A DNA stretch of 64,000 nt from Candidatus Latescibacterota bacterium (lineage in GTDB: Bacteria > Latescibacterota > UBA2968 > GCA-2709665), in contig OZ241917.1 in NCBI GenBank assembly GCA_965203805.1, positions 3,168,001 through 3,232,000 on the forward strand, in the 5' to 3' direction. Shown here piece by piece: positions 9,568 to 20,526 of the stretch. The notes beneath the pieces were generated by a model. That model was given only the letters and a program-made list of their open reading frames with translations. It did no database searches and had not been told where the DNA came from. Both the position numbers and the translations under genes were made by a program. How positions within the stretch are numbered: position 1 is the first letter of the stretch; the number at the start of each line of letters is the position of its first letter.

Positions 9568-11040
9568 ATGGACAGATCCACGGAAAAAATCGCCAAAGAG
9601 GGACTGACGTATGACGATGTGTTGCTGATTCCCGGTAAGTCCGAGGTATTGCCCGGCCAGGTGGAATTGACGACGCAGCTCACCCGCGGGATCAGGCTGA
9701 ATATCCCTCTCGTCAGTGCCGCCATGGATACCGTTACCGAAGCCCGGCTCGCAATTGCACTCGCCCAGGAGGGCGGTATCGGAATTGTCCACAGGAACCT
9801 GTCCATCGAAGAGCAGGCCGAAGAGGTGGCCAAAGTCAAGCGGTCGGAAAGCGGGATGATCGTCGATCCGCTGACGCTTTCGCCGGACCATTATATCCGG
9901 GAAGCGCTGGAGATGATGTCCAAGTACCGGATTTCCGGCGTGCCGATCGTCGACGGCGGCAAAAGGCTGGTCGGCATCCTGACCAACCGGGACCTCAGGT
10001 TCGAGAAAAACGTGCACCGGAAGGTGTCCGAGGTCATGACGCACAAGGGTCTCGTGACGGCCAGGTTGGGCATCTCTCTTGAGGAAGCACAGGAAATCCT
10101 CCAGGAACATCGAATCGAGAAGCTGCCGGTTGTCGACGACAACGGCGTACTGAAAGGCCTGATCACCGTTAAGGATATCGAGAAGAAAATCCAGTATCCG
10201 CGCGCCTGTAAAGACCATCTCGGAAGGCTCCGCGTGGGGGCCGCGGTTGGCGTGGGACAGGATCTGGAGGCCCGTGTCGGAATGCTGGTCGACCGGGACG
10301 TGGACGTGATTGTCGTGGATACGGCGCACGGACATTCGAGAGGCGTTCTCGAGGCCGTCGAACGCATCAGGAATGCCTTTCCGGATACCGAAGTGGTTGC
10401 CGGGAACATCGTAACGTCCGAAGCGGCCCGGGACCTCATACTGGCCGGCGCGAATGCCGTCAAGGTGGGGATGGGGCCGTCGGCGAGTTGCACCACGAGG
10501 GTGATCGCCGGCGCCGGCGTGCCCCAGGTGTCGGCGATCATGGACTGTGCCGAGGTTGCGGAGAAAGCAGGTGTCCCGGTGATCGCAGACGGCGGAATCA
10601 CCCAGTCGGGAGATATCACCAAGGCCCTCGCCGCCGGTGCGAATTCCGTGATGATCGGATTCCTGTTCGCGGGAACCGACGAGAGTCCCGGAGAGACCGT
10701 GATCTATCAGGGACGGACGTTCAAGGTGTATCGGGGCATGGGTTCGCTGGGCGCGATGCAGCGTGGAAGCAGGGACCGGTATTTCCAGGGAGGCGTCGAT
10801 GCCAGCAAGCTGGTGCCCGAGGGAATCGAGGGTCAGGTCCCATACAAGGGATCGATTTCGGGTTTCATCTATCAACTCATCGGCGGATTGAGAGCGGGCA
10901 TGGGGTACTGCGGGACGAGAAACGTCGCGGAACTCCGGAGAAACGGTCGATTCGTGAAGGTGTCGTCGGCCGGCGTCCGTGAGAGCCACGCGCACGACGT
11001 GTCGGTAACGAAAGAGGCGCCGAACTACCGGCTGGAGTAG
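9568..11040 (+). CDS. guaB: IMP dehydrogenase with CBS pair
   Basis: [25 protein letters not shown], catalytic Cys loop SCTTR, ADGG, YRGMGS, RYFQ, VPEG. Confidence 0.96.
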   Translation: MDRSTEKIAKEGLTYDDVLLIPGKSEVLPGQVELTTQLTRGIRLNIPLVSAAMDTVTEARLAIALAQEGGIGIVHRNLSIEEQAEEVAKVKRSESGMIVDPLTLSPDHYIREALEMMSKYRISGVPIVDGGKRLVGILTNRDLRFEKNVHRKVSEVMTHKGLVTARLGISLEEAQEILQEHRIEKLPVVDDNGVLKGLITVKDIEKKIQYPRACKDHLGRLRVGAAVGVGQDLEARVGMLVDRDVDVIVVDTAHGHSRGVLEAVERIRNAFPDTEVVAGNIVTSEAARDLILAGANAVKVGMGPSASCTTRVIAGAGVPQVSAIMDCAEVAEKAGVPVIADGGITQSGDITKALAAGANSVMIGFLFAGTDESPGETVIYQGRTFKVYRGMGSLGAMQRGSRDRYFQGGVDASKLVPEGIEGQVPYKGSISGFIYQLIGGLRAGMGYCGTRNVAELRRNGRFVKVSSAGVRESHAHDVSVTKEAPNYRLE

Positions 11041-11124
11041 AACCCCGGCCATCGGACCGAACGCGGCAGATGGTACGTTACATCTGCCGTTTCACATGGC
11101 TGGCGGGAGGCCCGGGAGGCGAAC

Positions 11125-12252
11125 GTGCACATCGATATCGAGGACATCCGGTCCCGGTTTCCGGTGACGCGAAACTGGATCTACATGAACCACGCCGGAA
11201 TCGCGCCGATTTCCGAGTGCGTCTACCGGGCAATGGACGACATGCTTTGCGACCAGACCCGAAACGGCATGGCGAACCTGTCCAAATGGGACGAGGTCTG
11301 TTCCAGGACACGCGAATCGGCAGCCCGCCTGATTGGCGCAACCGCATCGGAGATCGCCTTCGTCAAGAATACGTCTGAAGGTATCCTGACGGTTGCCAAC
11401 GGGTTGACATGGCGGAAGGGCGACAACGTTGTGATCCCCGATCGCGGGTTTCCGGCCAATGTCTACCCGTGGGTGAATCTGCATTCATCGGGCGTCGAAG
11501 TCAGACGCATACCCGAGGTTGACGGCCGCATCCCGCTGCGCGACTTGCTGAATGCCGTGGACGACCGGACCCGCGTCCTATCGGTGAGTTCGGTGGAGTT
11601 CGCGAGCGGATTCCGGCACGACCTCCGGAAGATCGGCCGATTCTGCAGGGAGCGGGGCGTTCTTTTTTTCGTGGACGTGATTCAGAGTCTCGGGGTGCTT
11701 TCCCTGGACGTGGAAGACGCTGGAGTCGATTTCCTTTCGGCCGACGCCCACAAGTGGCTTCTGGGCCCGGAGGGTGTCGGCGTCTTCTATTGCGCTCACC
11801 GCGCGAGGCCGCACCTGCGGGTGGCGAATCTGGGCTGGGCGAACGTCGTGGATCCGAGAGACTTCCTGTCGTACGATACCACGCTGCTGCCCGATGCCCG
11901 GCGATTCGAATGCGGCACACTGAATACGGTGGGTATCCATGGGCTCAGCGCCTGTCTCGAACTCCTTCATCGCGTTGGCATCGAACGGATCGAAGCGAGA
12001 GTGCTTTCGCTGACCGATCGGCTCTGTGCCGGCCTCGAGGAGAAAGGCTGCGACGTGCTCAGTTCGAGGGCTCCAGGCGAAAAGTCGGGCATCGTCGTTT
12101 TTCATCACGCCGCGGTTCGCACGGAAGCGATTTATCAGAAGCTCTGCGAGGCGAGGGTCGTATGCGCGATCCGTGGGGGTCGCATCCGGCTGTCGCCGCA
12201 TTTTTACAATACCGAAGAGGAAGTCGATCGCGTGCTGGGAGCGATTCCGTGA
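11125..12252 (+). CDS. Class-V PLP-dependent aminotransferase / C-S lyase-like
   Basis: YMNHAG, FFVDVIQSLG, ADAHKWLLGPEG (PLP Lys), RLSPHFYNT. Confidence 0.88.
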   Translation: MHIDIEDIRSRFPVTRNWIYMNHAGIAPISECVYRAMDDMLCDQTRNGMANLSKWDEVCSRTRESAARLIGATASEIAFVKNTSEGILTVANGLTWRKGDNVVIPDRGFPANVYPWVNLHSSGVEVRRIPEVDGRIPLRDLLNAVDDRTRVLSVSSVEFASGFRHDLRKIGRFCRERGVLFFVDVIQSLGVLSLDVEDAGVDFLSADAHKWLLGPEGVGVFYCAHRARPHLRVANLGWANVVDPRDFLSYDTTLLPDARRFECGTLNTVGIHGLSACLELLHRVGIERIEARVLSLTDRLCAGLEEKGCDVLSSRAPGEKSGIVVFHHAAVRTEAIYQKLCEARVVCAIRGGRIRLSPHFYNTEEEVDRVLGAIP

Positions 12253-12263
12253 AGAGGGTAAAG

Positions 12264-12297
12264 CAGCTTTCAGCCATTAGCTCTCAGCACTCAGCTT
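12264..12297 (+). repeat. Degenerate 7-bp tandem repeats (cagc-tyt type); inverted counterpart at ~12529-12560
   Basis: cagctttcagccattagctctcagcactcagc versus gctgattgccgacggctgactgctgattgctg. Confidence 0.6.
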
Positions 12298-12591
12298 AAA
12301 CCCGTTTACGATACGGCATCGCATTATGAGTCAGGGATAACTGCGACGGGAGGTGGGAAACCCCAGGAGTTTGGGAGACGATAGAGAGAAACGGTTAGAC
12401 TGGCAAGAAGAGACAAATGGTCGGGAGATGTGAGAAAGTAGACGGGAGAAGGCCACACGACCTGGCACCGGCATTGCGGTGTTGTGTTTGCAAGGTTTGT
12501 GGTGTTTGGTCTTCGGTCTTTGTTTCAAGCTGATTGCCGACGGCTGACTGCTGATTGCTGCTCTTCCTGGTGATAGGGGAGACTGGTGAGT

Positions 12592-13011
12592 ATGATTGGA
12601 AATGTCGCCGAAGGGGTCGAGGATGTTCTGGACGCATTGGAACACGCCGTGATCGACGGGGATTCCGATGCGTTGGGAATGATCCTGGCCGAAGACGTCA
12701 GCGCATTTTTTTCGGGCGGCGACACACCGGTCCGGGGACGACAGGCCGTCCTTGCGACCTGGATACGACACTTCAGGCGATGGTCCGACGTGCGAGTCCT
12801 GCGACGAGAAACGATGATTGAGTCCCGTGGTAACGTGGCGTGGGGGCACTTTCTGTGGGATGGCGAAGGCAGGATGGGCACGCAACGCTACAGGCTGGAA
12901 GGCGAGCGGTGGACCGTGGTTCTGCGATTCGAGGACGGTTGCTGGCGGTTTGTACAGATGCATTCATCCATGGCTTACGGAAACTGGGAAGCGCACCGGG
13001 TCGACGGATGA
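12592..13011 (+). CDS. NTF2/SnoaL-like (DUF4440-type) protein
   Basis: D.DALG..LAED...GRQAV...RWTVVLRFEDGCWRFVQMHSS pattern. Confidence 0.8.
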   Translation: MIGNVAEGVEDVLDALEHAVIDGDSDALGMILAEDVSAFFSGGDTPVRGRQAVLATWIRHFRRWSDVRVLRRETMIESRGNVAWGHFLWDGEGRMGTQRYRLEGERWTVVLRFEDGCWRFVQMHSSMAYGNWEAHRVDG

Positions 13012-13017
13012 AAAAGC

Positions 13018-13066
13018 AGTGGATAGTGGTCAGTGGTCAGTGGTCAGTGGTCAGTGGATAGTGGAG
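13018..13066 (+). repeat. 7 x 7-bp tandem repeat AGTGGTC/AGTGGAT
   Basis: agtggat (agtggtc)x4 agtggat agtggag; reverse-oriented relatives at 17726-17758 and 57737-57762. Confidence 0.85.
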
Positions 13067-13194
13067 ACCTCGCCTCACCGCCCGGACCTATCCCCCCTGC
13101 CTGAAGGAAAGGTGGAGGCATCGTCAGCCCGGCGGCTTCCTCAGGATGTCAGCTACGGCGAGACGACGGAAACCGACTGTGAAAGAGGGTCGCG

Positions 13195-14319
13195 GTGGAG
13201 GAATTGCCGGAGACGATTCTGCAATTTGGCGGAGGCAGCTTTCTCCGGGCGTTCGCCGATGTATTCGTACATGAAGCGAACGCCGGCGGTGAGGCCGTGG
13301 GGCGGGTTGTGGTGGTTCAGTCCACCGGGGGCGACCGCGCGGCGCTGCTGAATGCGCAGGGCGGTCGCTATCACGTGGTTGTGAGGGGGTTGGCGGACGG
13401 CGTTGAAATCGACAACACCCTCGCGGTTCGGAGTATCAGCAGGGCGCTGCCGGCGAAATCCGAATGGGCCCGGGTGATCGAGGTCGCCCGGGCGCCGGCT
13501 CTGCGCATGGTGATCTCCAATACGACGGAAGCGGGGTATGCGCTCGTCGACAACGACCGACCCGGATTGCCCCGGTCGTTCCCCGCCCGGCTGCTCTGCG
13601 TTCTTCAGGCGCGGTACAGAGCCGGTCTGCCGGGGCTGGCGGTGCTGCCCTGCGAACTGGTGGCGCCGAACGGCGAGTTGCTTCGGGACCTGGTGCTCTC
13701 CCAGGCCGACGCCTGGCGTCTGGATACAGGGCTCAGGGACTGGATCCGGCGGGACGTGCGATGGGTGAACACGCTGGTGGATCGAATCGTCAGCGGCAGG
13801 CCGGCGTCCCACCCGCTCCTGGAATCAGACGGGTTGCTGACGGCAGCGGAGCCGTTTGCGCTATGGGTGGTCGAGGCGCAACCTGGCGATCTCTTCCCGC
13901 ATCCCTGCATCCGGTTCGTCCGCGACGTGCGACCGTATGCATTGCGGAAGGTGCGCATCCTGAACGGCGCGCATACGGCGCTGGTGTGCAGGGCGCTGCC
14001 GGAGGGGTTGCGGACGGTCCGGGAGGCGGTCGGGAATCCGGTGGTCGGACGGTGGCTGAGGCGCCTGGTTTTCGAGGAAATCGTACCCACGCTTCAGGAT
14101 GCCGTGGAAGATGCGGGGGGATTTGCCGAACAGGTGATGGAGCGATTCGCCAATCCCTTCCTGGACCACCGGCTCGAGGATATCGCGCTGCATCACGAAG
14201 AGAAGGTACGCGTCCGCCTGACGCCGACCTATCAGGCTTTTCTGAAGGCATTCGGGCGGCCGCCGGAGTTGCTGGGGAACATAATCGCCCCCTACCTGGA
14301 GGAGAGTAAAGATGGATAA
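13195..14319 (+). CDS. uxaB: Mannitol-dehydrogenase family, tagaturonate/altronate reductase-like
   Basis: ILQFGGGSFLRAF, ISNTTEAG, LPCEL, NTLVDRIV, EPFALW, KVRILNGAH, RFANPF. Confidence 0.8.
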   Translation: MEELPETILQFGGGSFLRAFADVFVHEANAGGEAVGRVVVVQSTGGDRAALLNAQGGRYHVVVRGLADGVEIDNTLAVRSISRALPAKSEWARVIEVARAPALRMVISNTTEAGYALVDNDRPGLPRSFPARLLCVLQARYRAGLPGLAVLPCELVAPNGELLRDLVLSQADAWRLDTGLRDWIRRDVRWVNTLVDRIVSGRPASHPLLESDGLLTAAEPFALWVVEAQPGDLFPHPCIRFVRDVRPYALRKVRILNGAHTALVCRALPEGLRTVREAVGNPVVGRWLRRLVFEEIVPTLQDAVEDAGGFAEQVMERFANPFLDHRLEDIALHHEEKVRVRLTPTYQAFLKAFGRPPELLGNIIAPYLEESKDG

Positions 14320-15541
14320 GGCGGCACTCCTGGGCGGAACCCCCGTCCGATCCGAACCGTTTCCGTCCTGGCCGCAGTCGGACGGGCGCGAACTGGATCA
14401 TTTGCGCGAGGTCCTGGAAACCAGCCTCTGGGGAGGCACGATCCATGGTCCGAGGGTAACGGCGTTCTGCGATGCTTTCGCGGAATATTCGGATGCGCGG
14501 CACGGCGTGGGGATGGGCAGCTGTACAGCGGGGCTGGAGCTGTCCCTCCGGGCATTCGGCGTCGGACCGGGGGACGAAGTCATCGTCCCGGCGTACACGT
14601 TCATCGCAACGGCGCTGGCGCCGCTGGCAGCGGGCGCCGACGTCGTCTTCGTGGATATCGATCCCCGGACGTTCTGTGCAACGCCGGAGACGATCGAGAG
14701 CGCGATTTCCTCCCGCACGAAAGCGGTGATTCCCGTGCATTTCGCCGGTCACGCCGCGGACGTGGAAGGCATTCGGTCATTGGCGGACAGGTATGGGCTG
14801 AAAGTCGTATGGGACGCGGCGCATGCCCACACATCCGGATGGCGGGGCAGGATGCTTGGCGGTTTGGGCGACGTGGCGGTTTACAGTTTCAATCACGCCA
14901 AGAACCTGACGTGCGGCGAGGGCGGGATTGTGACCACCGACGACGAAGCGCTCGCGGACTTCCTGAAATTTACGCTTTCGACGTTTGGAAGGAAGAAAGG
15001 CCGGCCCTGGTACGAACATCACCATCTGGGATTTTCCGATCCGCTGACCGAGTTTCAGGGCGCGATTCTGCAGGCGCAGTTCGAGCGTCTGGAGGAGCAG
15101 AACCTCAAGCGCGAGGAGAATGCCAGGCTGCTGATACGAGGCCTGACGGAGATTGACGGCATCGATCCGCCAACCCTCTCTCCGGACGTCACCCGCCACG
15201 GCTGGCACGTGTTTGTGATGAGATATGACGCGGAAGCCTTTGGGGGGCTGCCGAAGGAGACCTTTCGCAGCGCGCTCGAAGCGGAAGGCATCCCGAACGG
15301 CGGGTATACGTATCCGCTATACGACAATCCCATGTTCGACACTCAAACGGGCGAGGTTGCCGGCGCACAGGGCAGGTGCCGCGTGATGCCCTGTCCGGTA
15401 AGCGAATGGGCGTGCCGGGACGGCGTATTCAATATCGCGCAATCGGTGTTGCTGGATGAGCCCGACGGCATGGACGATATCGTGGCCGCCATCGAAAAGG
15501 TGAAAGCCAATGCCGGCGCGCTTCTGGACTGGAAGGAGTGA
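14312..15541 (+). CDS. DegT/DnrJ/EryC1/StrS aminotransferase
   Basis: GDEVIVPAYTFIATA, VHFAG, DAAHAH, SFNHAKNLTCGEGG. Confidence 0.92.
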   Translation: MDKAALLGGTPVRSEPFPSWPQSDGRELDHLREVLETSLWGGTIHGPRVTAFCDAFAEYSDARHGVGMGSCTAGLELSLRAFGVGPGDEVIVPAYTFIATALAPLAAGADVVFVDIDPRTFCATPETIESAISSRTKAVIPVHFAGHAADVEGIRSLADRYGLKVVWDAAHAHTSGWRGRMLGGLGDVAVYSFNHAKNLTCGEGGIVTTDDEALADFLKFTLSTFGRKKGRPWYEHHHLGFSDPLTEFQGAILQAQFERLEEQNLKREENARLLIRGLTEIDGIDPPTLSPDVTRHGWHVFVMRYDAEAFGGLPKETFRSALEAEGIPNGGYTYPLYDNPMFDTQTGEVAGAQGRCRVMPCPVSEWACRDGVFNIAQSVLLDEPDGMDDIVAAIEKVKANAGALLDWKE

Positions 15542-15544
15542 ACG

Positions 15545-16360
15545 ATGGCGGAGAAGGTTGCTCTGACGCTGTCCCAGCGATTTCATTTCGACACGTACGG
15601 ATACGTCCTGCTGGAAGACGCGTTGACGGAGAACGAGGTGGAACGGATGAAAGCGGCTCTGTACCGCCTGAAAGCCAACCCGGCGGCCGCGCCGCAAGTG
15701 TACGCTCGACCGAGGGGCGACCATCACGTGCTGTTTGGAAATCTCGTGGAGTTCGACCCCGCCCTGTTGGCATACGCGTCCCATCCCGGGCTGATTCCCC
15801 TGGTGGAAGAGGTGGTGGGCGGGGCCGTGCGGCTGGAGGAGACAGAGGCGATCATCAACCGGCGGGATCCGAACGCGGATCCGGACCAGCTCCGGAAACG
15901 CCGGACCAACCCCACCGGTTTCCACAGGGGAACGACGGCGACCTGGGGCTGCTATACGGAGCAGGACCGGCATCACTGTGTCTTTGTGAAGACGCTCGCA
16001 TACCTGACGGACGTGGGGCCGGATGACGGCGGCACCTGCCTGATTCCCGGCGGCCACCGGCTGACGTGGCCCCGCGAGGAAATGGTCCGGGCGGCCATGG
16101 ACGACGAGCGGCTGATCCATCAGGTCGAGGCCAGGGCCGGATCGGTACTCCTGTTCGGGGAGTCGTTGATTCACAGCACCACCGCGATTCGGAGCGATAG
16201 GGAACGGGTGATTCTGGTTGCCGGATACACGCCGCCGATGCTGCGGGAGTGGATGGGCAACGAAGTGAGTCCCGATTTCGTCGCGAGCCTGCCCGAATCC
16301 ATACGCCCGTTGATTTCGGGCAGCGACAGCTGGAACTGGCGGCGGAATTACAAACACTGA
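15545..16360 (+). CDS. Phytanoyl-CoA dioxygenase (PhyH) family protein
   Basis: FDTYGYVLLEDALT, YLTDVGPDDGGTCLIPGGH, AGSVLLF..SLIH; the first metal motif reads FHRG rather than HxD. Confidence 0.85.
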   Translation: MAEKVALTLSQRFHFDTYGYVLLEDALTENEVERMKAALYRLKANPAAAPQVYARPRGDHHVLFGNLVEFDPALLAYASHPGLIPLVEEVVGGAVRLEETEAIINRRDPNADPDQLRKRRTNPTGFHRGTTATWGCYTEQDRHHCVFVKTLAYLTDVGPDDGGTCLIPGGHRLTWPREEMVRAAMDDERLIHQVEARAGSVLLFGESLIHSTTAIRSDRERVILVAGYTPPMLREWMGNEVSPDFVASLPESIRPLISGSDSWNWRRNYKH

Positions 16361-16387
16361 CATCGATTTTTGCGAGGAGTTCTCACC

Positions 16388-17131
16388 ATGGCGGACGAGC
16401 GCGTATTTGTAGGGGATTTGACCCGGACGGAATTTCGACGGCGGATGGAATCGGGGACGATTGAAGCGGCGATCGTCCCGACCGGCGCCACCGAGCAGCA
16501 CAACGAACACCTGGAAATGATCCACGACGCGTTTCATGTGACCCACGTCGCGGAACAGGCCGCCAGGCGGCTACATCCCCGGGTTGTGGTGGCGTCACCC
16601 GTAAGCATTGGCGTGTCGGAGCAGTGGATGGCGCATATCGGGACGCTGACGGTTCGGCCCGAAATCTTCTGCGAGTACGTTTACGACGTGTGCGATTCGC
16701 TCCGGCGGGCGGGTATCGGGAATATTCTGATTCTGAACGGCCACGGGGGCAACGTGAAACCGATCATGCGCCGCATAGACGAGTACCGGGAGCGGTTGGG
16801 CGTGAATCTCCGGTTTCAGTCGTACTGGGACGTGTACGATCCCGCGCTGGTCTTTTCGACCATGGAGGCCGGACGCCTTCCCGGACACGCCTGTGAATAC
16901 GAAACGTCGACGATGTTGGCGCTGGCGCCTGAGCGGGTGCACGCGGCGGAGATGGTCAATGAGGCCGCGAGGCTGGCAACGAAGGAAAAAGGAGAACGGC
17001 TGCTCGGTCCGGCGATTGAGGGTGTTGCGGACGTGCTGCGCAGCATGATTGCAGGAGAGGCGGTGAACAGGCCTCCGGTCACGTACGTGGACGGGCAACG
17101 CATTCACATGGTAACCGGCGACCCGGCCTAG
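16388..17131 (+). CDS. Creatininase / creatinine amidohydrolase family
   Basis: PTGATEQHNEHL, LNGHGGN, HACEYETS. Confidence 0.88.
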   Translation: MADERVFVGDLTRTEFRRRMESGTIEAAIVPTGATEQHNEHLEMIHDAFHVTHVAEQAARRLHPRVVVASPVSIGVSEQWMAHIGTLTVRPEIFCEYVYDVCDSLRRAGIGNILILNGHGGNVKPIMRRIDEYRERLGVNLRFQSYWDVYDPALVFSTMEAGRLPGHACEYETSTMLALAPERVHAAEMVNEAARLATKEKGERLLGPAIEGVADVLRSMIAGEAVNRPPVTYVDGQRIHMVTGDPA

Positions 17132-17143
17132 GTTTTGTCGCGG

Positions 17144-17165
17144 AAAAATTGGAGCCGCCCGGGGG
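17144..17165. repeat. att-like duplication of the tRNA-Thr 3' end (22 bp)
   Basis: aaaaattggagccgcccggggg identical at 17144-17165 and 17458-17479. Confidence 0.85.
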
Positions 17166-17167
17166 AC

Positions 17168-17407
17168 TCAAGGTTTATTCAACGTCAAAATGATAGTGAC
17201 AGCCGTTCCGATATTGGCAATGAGAACCGTTGTCAGCAGGCCGACAAGCCATTTGAAGTTGCTGTTGATTCGATTTTCGATGTTCGTAAAACCGCCGTCC
17301 ATGCGGTTGTCCATGTTGTTCAATCGGTTGTCGATACTATTCAGTCGGTGGCTGATCTGTTCAACAATCGCTTCCATGGCGGCGACGAGGCTTTCAATAG
17401 AGGGCAT
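17168..17407 (-). CDS. Small coiled-coil protein with C-terminal TM helix (DUF1640/CCDC90-like)
   Basis: Heptads RLNSIDN/RLNNMDN/RMD, then FKWLVGLLTTVLIANIGTAVTIIL. Confidence 0.7.
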   Translation of the reverse strand: MPSIESLVAAMEAIVEQISHRLNSIDNRLNNMDNRMDGGFTNIENRINSNFKWLVGLLTTVLIANIGTAVTIILTLNKP

Positions 17408-17463
17408 GTACTATGTGTTCTTTGTGCCGGCGATGGGCGGCCAGTGTATGACCATCCAAAAAT

Positions 17464-17538
17464 TGGAGCCGCCCGGGGGGTTCGAACCCCCGACCTACGG
17501 ATTACAAATCCGTTGCTCTACCACTGAGCTAGGGCGGC
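17464..17538 (-). tRNA. tRNA-Thr(TGT)
   Basis: GCCGCCC acceptor stem, D arm AGCTCAGTGGTAGAGC, anticodon arm ACGGA-TTTGTAA-TCCGT, GGTTCGAA T loop, encoded CCA. Confidence 0.96.
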
Positions 17539-17819
17539 TTGAATTCACGTACTGCCAAGTAAATAACATTAGAAACTACAAAACACGCGAAAAAAACGAA
17601 AATCCGAGACTGAAATCAACTGCCACTCGAGACCAAAACCACAGTGTTGCATTTCAGCCTCATAAGATCCGGATGTCGCCTATTTGCCGCTACCGGGTAT
17701 AAATGGAAGCCGACGCCTGCTCTTTCTGACCACTGTCCACTGTTCACTATTCACTGCTTCCGGCAATTTTGAAATGAACGCCAGGGCGGTGATACGGCCC
17801 GGATGGCGTTCGCGGTCCA

Positions 17820-19232
17820 TCATGACCGCTTCCAGACCGTCCCTTCCGGTGTGTCCTCCAGCGTGTAGCCCATTTCCGTGAACCGGTCCCGGATCTCGTC
17901 CGCCCGAGCCCAATTCCTCTCCTTCCTCGCCTGGTCGCGTTCCGCGATCAGCACCGCAAGGTCCTCCGGAAGTTCCTCCTCCCGGACGTCGTCTGCAGCC
18001 CCGTCGAAAACCCCCAGGACCTGATCGATCTCATCCAGAAAGCCGTCGACCAGGCCGGCGCCGTCCCGGTCCATTCGTCCCGCACGGAGCTGATCCTCCA
18101 CCGCATTTACCATCTCAAACACGGCGCTCATCGCGCGCGGCGCGTTGAGATCGTCGTCCATATAGGCGACGAACCCCTCGCGAGCCGCGTCGACTTGCGA
18201 CGTCACGTCCTCCCCTCCGCCCGTCCGCGTGACCTCGCTCAGCCTGCGCCTGAAATTGTCCAGCCTTCGCATGGTATTCCGTGCGGCGTCAAGGACTTCC
18301 GCGGAGAAATTGAACGCGGTACGGTAATGATTGCTCACCACGAGGTACCGGAAAGCGCGCGCGTCGTCCGGCGTATTCACGATATCCCGCACGGTCAGGA
18401 AATTGCCGAGGCTCTTCGACATTTTTTCGTCGTCGACGTTGATATGCGCGCCGTGCAGCCAGTAATTGACGAAGCGTTTTCCCGTGACCGCCTCGCTCTG
18501 CGCGATCTCGTTCTGATGGTGCGGAAAAATCAGATCCACCGCCCCCGCGTGGATGTCGATGGTTTCTCCCAGATATCTGATGGACATGCACGAGCACTCC
18601 ATGTGCCAGCCCGGCCTTCCCTTGCCCAGGTCCGTATTCCAGAACACGTCACCGTCATCCGGTTTCCACGCCTTCCACAGCACGAAATCCCGCGCGTCCT
18701 CCTTGTCGTATTTGTCCGTATCCACGCCGCTGGCCCCGGTCTGCAGCCCGGAAACATCCAGCTGCGCCAGCTCGCCGTACGAAGGAAAGCGCCGTATTGA
18801 GAAATACACGGAGCCGTTGTGTACGTACGCATAACCGCCTTCGATCATCCGCGAGATCATCTCCACCATTTCGAATATGTGGTCCGTGGCCCGCGGCGTG
18901 TGATCGGCCGGGAGGATGTTCAACGTCTCCATATCCTCGAAAAACGCTGCCGCGTATCGATCCGTGAGCGCCTTCAGCGTTGTCTTTGCGTCGCGCACTT
19001 TACCGATAATATTGTCGTCCACGTCCGTAATGTTCATCACGTGGCAGACCCGATAACCCCGATAGGTCAGATAGCGCTTTATCAGGTCGAAAACGATGAA
19101 TGTCTTGAAATTCCCGATGTGGGAATAGTCGTGAACCGTCGGCCCGCAGCTGTAGAACGTGACCCGGCCCGGACGGATCTCCTTAAAAGCCTCTTTTTTC
19201 CGGGTCAGACTGTTGAATAGTCGAATGGCCAT
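17820..19232 (-). CDS. cysS: Cysteine--tRNA ligase
   Basis: YSCGPTV, HIGN, NITDVDD, GRPGWHMEC, FPHHQNE, KMSKS; start at MAIRLFNS. Confidence 0.96.
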   Translation of the reverse strand: MAIRLFNSLTRKKEAFKEIRPGRVTFYSCGPTVHDYSHIGNFKTFIVFDLIKRYLTYRGYRVCHVMNITDVDDNIIGKVRDAKTTLKALTDRYAAAFFEDMETLNILPADHTPRATDHIFEMVEMISRMIEGGYAYVHNGSVYFSIRRFPSYGELAQLDVSGLQTGASGVDTDKYDKEDARDFVLWKAWKPDDGDVFWNTDLGKGRPGWHMECSCMSIRYLGETIDIHAGAVDLIFPHHQNEIAQSEAVTGKRFVNYWLHGAHINVDDEKMSKSLGNFLTVRDIVNTPDDARAFRYLVVSNHYRTAFNFSAEVLDAARNTMRRLDNFRRRLSEVTRTGGGEDVTSQVDAAREGFVAYMDDDLNAPRAMSAVFEMVNAVEDQLRAGRMDRDGAGLVDGFLDEIDQVLGVFDGAADDVREEELPEDLAVLIAERDQARKERNWARADEIRDRFTEMGYTLEDTPEGTVWKRS

Positions 19233-19240
19233 TGACCTTC

Positions 19241-19290
19241 CCTCGTCCTCTCGTTCCCTCGTCTTCTCGTCTTCTCGTCCCCTCGTCCCG
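19241..19290. repeat. 8-bp tandem repeats (ctcgtcyy) between ddl and cysS
   Basis: cctcgtcctctcgttccctcgtcttctcgtcttctcgtcccctcgtccc. Confidence 0.7.
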
Positions 19291-19308
19291 GAACCCTGTC
19301 GCACGCGC

Positions 19309-20421
<1,113 letters not shown>

Positions 20422-20442
20422 CCCGGACGATTGTAGATTCTT

Positions 20443-20520
20443 GAGAACTGTTTTGAAATTACCGGCGAGTTCCCGAGCGTGAACGAAAGAGCGGCGGTTA
20501 TGAGGCGCGAGGAACGCGCT
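20443..20520. repeat. Truncated copy of MITE family B
   Basis: gagaactgttttgaaa end plus gcggcggttatgaggcgcgagg shared with the 8990-9262 element. Confidence 0.55.
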
Positions 20521-20526
20521 CAGTCA

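Noticed and set aside
9565-11052. Long antisense ORFs (also 28141-29736, 38135-39937, 44264-45769, 47720-49513)
   Set aside because: Shadow frames of well-supported genes in high-GC DNA, with no recognisable motifs
13018-13066. CRISPR array
   Set aside because: 7-bp tandem units with no spacers; no cas genes in the window
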